Made by a program: the position numbers and the translations under genes. Below are positions 25,428 to 32,000 of a stretch of DNA of 32,000 nt, in pieces; the stretch's first letter is position 1, and every line of letters begins with the position of its first letter. The DNA comes from Halomicronema hongdechloris C2206 (GTDB lineage Bacteria; Cyanobacteriota; Cyanobacteriia; Phormidesmidales; Phormidesmidaceae), in contig NZ_CP021983.2 in assembly GCF_002075285.3 (NCBI RefSeq), positions 1,020,001-1,052,000 on the forward strand, read 5' to 3'. The notes under the pieces are model-generated. The model had not been told where the DNA came from, made no database searches, and saw only the letters and a list, made by a program, of their open reading frames with translations.

Positions 25428-26399
25428 TTGAAACGGAGAGTTGGGCTTATGAGACGTCGTCGCAGATGGGTGGCTACAGTTGCCCGCCACAGCCACCGTT
25501 GGAGTCTGGCTGCCGTGGCAGCTGCTGGTCTAAGTTGGGGCTTAGCTATCCCTGTGGCCCTGGCCGGAGATCCGTTTAGGTCCAATGATTCCCATGCCAT
25601 TGGCGATCGCACACCGAGGCTGCCTTCCAGGCCATGTTTCAGGATGGGGATTATGTGGAAGCGCGGCAGAAGCTGTCTGTGGCCCCTGCGGGATGAGGCC
25701 CAGGAACCGATGGTCCACGCCATGTTGGCGGCCATGGCCTACCTAGATGAAGACTGGGAAATCCTGTTGCAGCGGGCCCAATCGACCCAGCGGACGGCGG
25801 ATGCATTGTTGCAAACCGATCCGCTGCGGGGCCATCTCTATGCTGCGGTAGGGATTTTTCTGGAGGGAGCCCATCTGCTCAAAACCGAAGGGGAAGTCAG
25901 CGGTATGCTACGGGCGTTAACGATGTTGGATCGGGTGTTTCGCCATCTGGATCAGGCCGAGGCTATTGATGCCAATGATCCGGAGCTAAGCCTGATCAAG
26001 GGATATATGGATCTGATGCTGGCAGTGAATTTGCCATTCTCTGATCCGGAAGTAGCGATTGAGCGACTGCGCAACCATGGGGCTCCGGACTATCTGGCAG
26101 AACGGGGTATTGCCTTGGGCTATCGTGACTTAGATCGCAACCAGCAGGCCCTGGAGGCAGTTAATCAAGCCCTGCAGGGGGCGCCCCAGAATCCCGAGTT
26201 GTTTTATCTCAAGGCGCAAATCTTACGGCGATTGGGCCAGGATCAAGACAGTGTGTCGTTCTTTACGCAGGCCCTGGACTACGCCGAACAGCTGCCCCAA
26301 CCTATTGTGCGCCGTATCGCTTGGGAGCGCTGTCGCACGGAGCGGGAAGCTGGAGTGAATTGCACTGCTCAGGTTCGTGACATTTTGTCTAGCCTATAA
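25428..26399 (+). CDS. Secreted TPR-like repeat protein. The ORF is open, but an internal stretch of about 85 nt appears to be read in the wrong frame (see findings).
   Basis: 323-aa ORF. It has an Arg-rich signal (MRRRRRWVA...AIPVALA-GDPF; the start is probably the ATG at 25449). The C-terminal two-thirds is helical-repeat-like (RGIALGYRDLDRNQQALEAVNQALQGAPQNPELFYLKAQILRRLGQ). Confidence 0.7.
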   Translation: MKRRVGLMRRRRRWVATVARHSHRWSLAAVAAAGLSWGLAIPVALAGDPFRSNDSHAIGDRTPRLPSRPCFRMGIMWKRGRSCLWPLRDEAQEPMVHAMLAAMAYLDEDWEILLQRAQSTQRTADALLQTDPLRGHLYAAVGIFLEGAHLLKTEGEVSGMLRALTMLDRVFRHLDQAEAIDANDPELSLIKGYMDLMLAVNLPFSDPEVAIERLRNHGAPDYLAERGIALGYRDLDRNQQALEAVNQALQGAPQNPELFYLKAQILRRLGQDQDSVSFFTQALDYAEQLPQPIVRRIAWERCRTEREAGVNCTAQVRDILSSL

Positions 26400-26658
26400 C
26401 GGCAGCATCTCCCGGTAGGATATACCCAGTCCAGCTACGAAGTTGGTTGTTTTCTCTTGGGAAACCTCCAGGTTCAAACTGGGACATGATTTAATGCGGA
26501 ATCGGTGGCTGGTTCCGTGATGGCCACTGCCTTAGGTTTGATGGTGGCTATGGGGTAGCTAGTTAGGGTGAGGGCGCTGACCGGCCCATCTTCTTGCTTA
26601 AAGCTGCCTGATCCAACTTATTGTTTGTATACCATGGCTAGCATGGCTCAGGGATCCT

Positions 26659-27111
26659 ATGCAGGTTGAGTTTCGCGAGTGTGACTTTTTTAGTCTCTGG
26701 ATTTGGTTGCGGTTTGAGACGGCTCCATCGTTGCTGGAGCAGCAATATATTGATGAGATTTTTGACTCTTGGTATTTCTTGGGAAAGCTGGGGGGATTCA
26801 ATGCCGAGAACCTGCAGGTGCAGGAAACGGGGCTGGAGATCAGCTACATGACCTACGACGACAGTAGCGCTGAGGATAGCTTTCTCTCGGTGATGCACAA
26901 TATGGCCGAGGTGGAATATAACGGGGTCTGGGCCCGCTGTTGGTTTGATCTGGGGACCAGTGATGCGATCGCACTGGATGTGTTGCTTAATGCCCTACGA
27001 CAGTTCAGCCGGGAATATGTGGCTATTGAGCAGGTCTACATCGGCGGTGAAAATCCAGACTGGCCGATACCCCAGAGTAGCCGCCCCGACTTCATTGCCG
27101 GAGAAGCCTAG
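26659..27111 (+). CDS. Conserved cyanobacterial/plastid-lineage hypothetical protein (DUF3531-like, from memory)
   Basis: 150-aa ORF. ECDFFSLWIWLRFETAPSLLEQQYIDEIFDSWYFLGKLGGFNAENLQV resembles the family I remember as DUF3531. The composition is protein-like. Confidence 0.65.
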   Translation: MQVEFRECDFFSLWIWLRFETAPSLLEQQYIDEIFDSWYFLGKLGGFNAENLQVQETGLEISYMTYDDSSAEDSFLSVMHNMAEVEYNGVWARCWFDLGTSDAIALDVLLNALRQFSREYVAIEQVYIGGENPDWPIPQSSRPDFIAGEA

Positions 27112-28835
27112 GCCGCAAACTGTTGGGCATAGAAGCTGGCATAGCGCCCGCCCCGGGCCAGCAGCTCGTCATGGCTACCGGCTTCTACGATGGTGCCCTG
27201 CTCTAAAAACAAAATCCGATCGGCCTGGCGCACGGTGCTGAGGCGATGGGCAATGATCAACACGGTGCGATTTTCCATGGCCCGTTCCAGGGCCTCTTGC
27301 ACCAGTGCTTCTGACTCAGAATCGAGGGCACTGGTGGCTTCATCCAGGATCAAAATGCGGGGATTGTAGTAAAGGGCCCGGGCAATGGCCACCCGTTGCC
27401 GCTGACCTCCCGAGAGGGTCATGCCCCGCTCCCCGGTCCAGGTGTGATATCCCTGGGAAAAGCGATTGATGAAGTCGTGGGCGTTGGCCACCCGGGCGGC
27501 GGCCTCGACAGCAGCAAAGTCGATGTCTGCCTGGCCATAGGCAATGTTTTGGGCGATGGTGCCGGAGAATAGGGCCACATCCTGGGGCACGATGCCAATC
27601 TGATGGCGCAGGCTATCGAGGGTGACGGTGCGAATATCGATGCCATCCACTAGGACTCGCCCCTGCTGGGGATCATAGAAGCGCAGCACCAGGTTCACCA
27701 GGGTGCTCTTGCCAGCCCCCGATGGCCCCACCAGGGCAATCACATCGCCGGGATAGATGCGCAGGCTCATCTGATGCAATACCGGCTGCCCTGGTTCGTA
27801 GGCAAACCCAACCTGGTCGAATTCAATTTTGCCGGTGATCGCAGCTAAGGGCTTGGCATCGGGGTCTTCCGGCAGGGAGGGGGTGAGTCGCATCAGATCG
27901 AAAATACGCTCCAGGGAGGCTTCGGTCTGCTTGAATTCGTTGTAATGCTGGGTAACCAGATCGATGGGATGGAGTAACAATGCGATCGCAGTCAGGTAGC
28001 TGACGAAGGCTTGGGAGGTAAGGTTGCCCAGGGAAATTTGCCATCCCGCCAGCAAGATCAGCAGAATGATGCTGATGGCCTCGAGGAATCCCACCACCGG
28101 GTATTGGACCGCCTTCAGTCGCTCAGCTCGGTAGCGGGCCGCCCGATTTTGTTCGGCCACTTGGTTAAACCGTCTGACTTCATAAGGCTGGGCGGCAAAG
28201 GCCTGTACCACCCGCATGTTGCTGAGAACCTCCGTCAGCAGGGAAGACAGGTTCGAGATCTGCTGCTGACTGCGCCGCGATAACAGCAGAATATGCTGAC
28301 CGAAGCGACCGATCAACCAGGCCATCAACGGCGCCAGCACAAAACTGGCTAGGGTTAAGGGCCAGTTGAGATAGAGCATGTAGAGGGGAATGGCGATGAG
28401 TTGCAGCAGAGACGAGATGAACTGCTGCGACATCTTGTGCACCACTTCACCAATACGATCCATATCCTCGGTGAGACGATAGGTTAAATCTCCGGTTTGG
28501 GATTGCTCGAAGTAATCGAGGCCGAGGCGATGCAGGTGGCCATAGACAGCCTGCCGTAGATCCAGCACTACCTGCAGAGAGGCCCCAATCATGTAGATAT
28601 TCTCGCCATATTGAAAGCCTCCCCGCACCAGAAACACTAGCGTTGCTAAGCCCAACCAATAGGCGACGCTCTCCACATTTCCCTGCCCCACAAATAGAGA
28701 CACTTGGCCAGCTAAATAGGGTAACAGCAAGGTGGTCAACACATAGCCAAGCATGCAGACGAAGCCAATGGCAAAGGGCCGCCAATGGGGTCGAATGAAC
28801 GGCAGTAACTGCCAGTAACCAGAGCGTCGCGTCAT
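27108..28835 (-). CDS. ABC exporter, fused permease and ATPase (MsbA/ABCB-like)
   Basis: 575-aa ORF. A 6-TM N-terminal domain is followed by Walker A GPSGAGKST, Q-loop, signature LSGGQRQRVAIARAL, Walker B ILILDEATSALD and H-loop IAHRLST. Confidence 0.93.
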   Translation of the reverse strand: MTRRSGYWQLLPFIRPHWRPFAIGFVCMLGYVLTTLLLPYLAGQVSLFVGQGNVESVAYWLGLATLVFLVRGGFQYGENIYMIGASLQVVLDLRQAVYGHLHRLGLDYFEQSQTGDLTYRLTEDMDRIGEVVHKMSQQFISSLLQLIAIPLYMLYLNWPLTLASFVLAPLMAWLIGRFGQHILLLSRRSQQQISNLSSLLTEVLSNMRVVQAFAAQPYEVRRFNQVAEQNRAARYRAERLKAVQYPVVGFLEAISIILLILLAGWQISLGNLTSQAFVSYLTAIALLLHPIDLVTQHYNEFKQTEASLERIFDLMRLTPSLPEDPDAKPLAAITGKIEFDQVGFAYEPGQPVLHQMSLRIYPGDVIALVGPSGAGKSTLVNLVLRFYDPQQGRVLVDGIDIRTVTLDSLRHQIGIVPQDVALFSGTIAQNIAYGQADIDFAAVEAAARVANAHDFINRFSQGYHTWTGERGMTLSGGQRQRVAIARALYYNPRILILDEATSALDSESEALVQEALERAMENRTVLIIAHRLSTVRQADRILFLEQGTIVEAGSHDELLARGGRYASFYAQQFAA

Positions 28836-30085
28836 GCTGTTGTGATGGGGTTATCTTCGGTATGGACCTGGATATCGTTGTCGGGGATGGGGACTCCTAG
28901 ATGGAACAGGATGTGTTTAGCAATGCGTAGGGAACCACCAGCCGGTCCTAGTCGGGCGCGGCCATTGTCGACACAAGCGGCCAGATAGGCCTGATCTCGC
29001 AGGGTATCTGCCACCCGCTGGGCAGCTAGCCGTAGAGTGGTCTCGGTGGCTGGTTCAGTGCCAATGGTCTGAGCCGATATCCCCAACAGGCGAGTCTGAG
29101 CTTCGGCAAAGGCATAGGTAAACTGAGGACCTGGGCCGGGAATCTGAATCACTGGCTTACCAATAGCAACGGCTTGATCCACCGCCAGTCCAGCCATGCC
29201 GATTACCAGGGTAGTCTGAGTGATGATGTCGTTAAAGGCATCGTCGTAGCAACGAACTTGGGCCAGGGGCCGCTCCCCCGGGGCGGGTTCATAGTAGCTG
29301 AGCACATCCTGGTGCTGTTGCCACCCTTCTGCCGCCGCAATAGCCGGCAGTTCCCGCATCAGCCTCGGCACCAAGGCGGCTCGGAAGTCGACTGCCCCTG
29401 CCATGACTCGGCCAATCTGCTGCACTAGCCGCAGTTGTAAGCGTAGGTTGTGAGCCGCTTCTGGCAATCGCGATCCTGGTAGTAGAGCAATCATCGGCAC
29501 CTGCCGTAACTGTAGATCCTTCCCTGTTGCCGTCAGGTAATCTAGGGAGGGAATGCCGCCAAAGTGAACCCGAGGCAACCCCTGGCGGGTTAAATCTTCA
29601 GCTGTGTAGGGATCGCGGGTAAAGACCGCCAAACAGCGGGGTGAACTCAACATGCGCCATAGAAACGGATCTAACCGCAGCTTGCCCTCATAAAGACTGG
29701 ACAGGCAGGAGATAAATGAAATGTAGGGGCGCCCTGACAAATAGGCAAAGGCCTGGCCAATGCCATCGCCAGTGGCATGGACTAAGTCGCAATCGGGGGC
29801 ATAGCGCAGCACTGCCCGCAACTGCTGTAGTAGCAGACCGACCAGCCCCGCTTGAATATCTCGCAACAGCAGCAGCCGATTCACATAGGTAAATCCCCCC
29901 GAGGGCAGGATTTTCGTAGGCCCAATAATCGGCACCCCCAAACGACTATAAGCTGCTCCCTCGCCCACAATCGGCATCGCCCCAATCTCCAGGGAGGGAT
30001 TCAGCCGTCGCAGCGTACGAATGATATGAGAGGAGTGATTATCTTCACCGTGGCCATTGCTGATGAACAGAATTCGCTGAGGCAT
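28832..30085 (-). CDS. Lipid-A-disaccharide-synthase-related (LpxB-like, GT-B fold) glycosyltransferase
   Basis: 417-aa ORF. The N-terminal ILFISNGHGEDNHS and the overall layout match my memory of the cyanobacterial LpxB-related family. Its stop overlaps the ABC exporter ATG (ATGA at 28832-28835). Confidence 0.75.
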   Translation of the reverse strand: MPQRILFISNGHGEDNHSSHIIRTLRRLNPSLEIGAMPIVGEGAAYSRLGVPIIGPTKILPSGGFTYVNRLLLLRDIQAGLVGLLLQQLRAVLRYAPDCDLVHATGDGIGQAFAYLSGRPYISFISCLSSLYEGKLRLDPFLWRMLSSPRCLAVFTRDPYTAEDLTRQGLPRVHFGGIPSLDYLTATGKDLQLRQVPMIALLPGSRLPEAAHNLRLQLRLVQQIGRVMAGAVDFRAALVPRLMRELPAIAAAEGWQQHQDVLSYYEPAPGERPLAQVRCYDDAFNDIITQTTLVIGMAGLAVDQAVAIGKPVIQIPGPGPQFTYAFAEAQTRLLGISAQTIGTEPATETTLRLAAQRVADTLRDQAYLAACVDNGRARLGPAGGSLRIAKHILFHLGVPIPDNDIQVHTEDNPITTA

Positions 30086-30426
30086 GATGAGCCTGTATCC
30101 GGATCGCGTATTCGGGCATCAACCCTATCCCAGCCCAGACCTAGGGGGGTACCTAGAAAAAGTGGCCGATCTTGAGCTGAACTCGGCATAGATGCCCAAA
30201 GGTTAGTGTATCGCCTGTGGGTCCGCTGCCTTCTTTAGGAACGGGTGGGAATGGGTGGCAATGGCTTTAGATCAAGCTCGACAATGATACTTTAAGTCTG
30301 AAGAGTTAGACCCTGTCGCCAATCGATTTGATGAATGAGGACAACTGGCCCGTGTGTTTCGGCATGCAGCCAAAGCGGTCGTCAAACGGAAAGTGTACTA
30401 GTTCAAAGGTTGCCTGCAGGGATTCT

Positions 30427-32000
30427 CTAACGCTGCTGATAGCGATCTAACAACTCTTGAACATCTTCACTGGGTGTGTAGTTGTAGCCAAAGGCCGATT
30501 GATCAGAGTCATCTAAGATCTGAGGCGTCAACAGTACAATCAATTCACTACGTTCACTCTCGCGGCGAGTACTACGGAACAGGGCTCCCAATAGGGGTAA
30601 ATCTCCCAGGATAGGAACTTTAGTCACAGTGGAGCGATCAGATTCCCGGATAATCCCAGACAAGAGCAGAGTCTGCCCGTCGCGAACTCGCACTACCCCA
30701 GATTCTAATTGACGCTCCGACAGCAACGTGACAAAGGTGTTGCCACCGGTATTGAAGATTTCAATCGGTGAAGAAATGCTGGGGGCAACGGACAAGGAAA
30801 CGAAGCCATTGTCATCAATTTTATCGATCTCAATGGACAGCACTAGCCCCGCCTCGGTGGTTTCCGGCTCAAGGACGACGACGCTGTCATCACCAATGGC
30901 GACAACACTCTGGGTCACCCGTTCGACCACAGTCTCGGTAAGCGCAACTGTTGCGGTTTGACCTTCTTGAACGATTAATGTCGGATCTGTCAGGATTTTG
31001 GCGTTGCCATTTTGAACGGTAGCTGTCAATTGGGCCAAAAATGTACTGGCAATGCTAAACAACCCCCCACCACCAGGACCTACAGGTAGGAACGGTACGG
31101 TGCCGGGTACGGTTGTCCTACCGGTGGAGGGACTGTTGGCACCAAAGTTGATCACCCCGATGCCGCCGGTATTGGTCACACTGGTATCGTCTACTGAAAA
31201 GGAGAAGCTGGTGCCAAAGGCATCAATGGCATTCAGGTCTATATCAATGACACGGACATTGACGGCCACTTGGCGGCGGCGCAGATCGATGCGAGTCAGT
31301 TGTTCGGTAGCGATATTTAAAAGTTGTGGGGAACCGACTAAGGTGAGGGAGTTGGTTCTCAAATCGGCAATAACCTGAAGCCCTCGCAGAATAGGCTGGC
31401 TATCTTCATAGTCAATGCGTTGGTTTTCTAACTGTTCGACCACCGTAGTCTCGGTGCTGGTAATGGGCTCAATTCCTTCACCGACTTCGACGGCACTGAC
31501 ACTGGTTACCTGGCGCTCTCGGCTGACTTGGCTTTCTGCCCCTAATGCTACTAGGAAGTTAGCAGCCACATCGGCGTCCACTTGATTGAGGCGGACGGTA
31601 CGCACCATCAGATTCTGGGCTGAGGGTGGCAGTTCGGGGCCGGCATAAACCGTTCTGCCGACTCGATTCGCCTTGAGGCCACTGACCCGCAAAACGTGGT
31701 TAAACACGTCTTGCACAGACTCATTTTCAATGTCTAGAGTGATGCCTGGCCCTTCGCCTGATTCGCTTTCTAGGTCGATAAAGACGACGTTGACGCCAAC
31801 AGAGCGAGCCAATAAGGAAAGCACTTCCCGGGAGGGCGCATTCCGTAGTACCAATCGGGGAATGCGCTCGTTACTGCCGAGATCGATGGCGTCAAACCTA
31901 GGCGTTGCCTCGGCAACGGCAATGTCCCCTACCGGAGGAGCTACGGCTCGAGGCTGAAAGGGAGGAGCTTGTTGCAGTTGGGGTTGCTGGGCTGGGGCAC
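30427..32000 (-). CDS. pilQ: Type IV pilus secretin PilQ, 5'-truncated by the window edge
   Basis: The secretin C-terminal domain shows KVPILGDLPLLGALFRS..R.E..ELIVLLTPQIL, with an N0/N1-like region (IPRLVLRNAPSREVLSLLARSVGVNVVF). The reading frame stays open from 31855 to 32000 (...QQAPPFQPRAVAPPVGDIAVAEATPRFDAIDLGSNERIPR). The ORF-track start at 31854 is therefore an internal TTG. Confidence 0.9.
   Translation of the reverse strand, partial: APAQQPQLQQAPPFQPRAVAPPVGDIAVAEATPRFDAIDLGSNERIPRLVLRNAPSREVLSLLARSVGVNVVFIDLESESGEGPGITLDIENESVQDVFNHVLRVSGLKANRVGRTVYAGPELPPSAQNLMVRTVRLNQVDADVAANFLVALGAESQVSRERQVTSVSAVEVGEGIEPITSTETTVVEQLENQRIDYEDSQPILRGLQVIADLRTNSLTLVGSPQLLNIATEQLTRIDLRRRQVAVNVRVIDIDLNAIDAFGTSFSFSVDDTSVTNTGGIGVINFGANSPSTGRTTVPGTVPFLPVGPGGGGLFSIASTFLAQLTATVQNGNAKILTDPTLIVQEGQTATVALTETVVERVTQSVVAIGDDSVVVLEPETTEAGLVLSIEIDKIDDNGFVSLSVAPSISSPIEIFNTGGNTFVTLLSERQLESGVVRVRDGQTLLLSGIIRESDRSTVTKVPILGDLPLLGALFRSTRRESERSELIVLLTPQILDDSDQSAFGYNYTPSEDVQELLDRYQQR

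Noticed and set aside
31852-31854. Start codon for pilQ given by the ORF track
   Set aside because: It is an internal TTG. The frame remains open and PilQ-like to the window edge at 32000, so the gene is 5'-truncated.
1-32000. Search for CRISPR arrays, tRNA/rRNA genes, transposases, integrases, toxin-antitoxin pairs and restriction-modification or other known defence genes
   Set aside because: None found. The only repeats are two- or three-copy tandem duplications of 7-18 bp, not spacer-interrupted arrays. I saw no GGTTCGAATCC-type T-arm motif on either strand. All large ORFs are accounted for by housekeeping or signalling families.

Overview
The window is a cyanobacterial chromosomal segment. 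Supporting this, the HIP1 octamer GCGATCGC occurs at least 15 times, and psaK, a ccmK3-ccmK4 satellite locus, chlD and ftsQ-ftsZ are present. I support about 27 protein-coding genes, most of them core or housekeeping. These are: a MarR regulator; a PAS/HisKA_2 histidine kinase plus a REC-PAS-GGDEF-EAL protein; yajQ; a SpoIID-domain protein; an adenylate cyclase / pentapeptide-repeat / methyltransferase operon; chlD; ccmK4 and ccmK3; two SLH-motif proteins; psaK; ftsQ; ftsZ; thiD; a phasin-like plus Cys-rich pair; comM/yifB; a TPR-like protein; a DUF3531-like protein; an MsbA-like ABC exporter coupled to an LpxB-like glycosyltransferase; and a 5'-truncated pilQ. One RNA gene that the ORF track cannot show is an SRP (4.5S) RNA on the minus strand near 23.5 kb. 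I saw no tRNA, rRNA, CRISPR array, transposase, integrase or phage genes, so this does not look like an accessory island. No single clear-cut novel system stands out. The best candidates for follow-up are: (1) a class III cyclase carrying three copies of a helical module I do not recognise, in a tight operon with a pentapeptide-repeat protein and a methyltransferase; (2) a histidine kinase whose N-terminal membrane domain is clearly homologous to the plant/cyanobacterial ethylene-binding domain but lacks the Cu-ligand cysteine; (3) a C-x2-C-x-H...C...C-P-D-[YW] module shared by the MarR C-terminus and an unrelated protein translationally coupled to a phasin-like gene; (4) an apparently intact TPR ORF that seems to contain two compensating frameshifts; (5) a 133-bp element bounded by inverted repeats in a convergent intergenic region, either a MITE or a structured RNA; (6) a translationally coupled LpxB-like glycosyltransferase and ABC exporter pair. 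All functional calls come from reading motifs by eye and from remembered family signatures. No database search was run.
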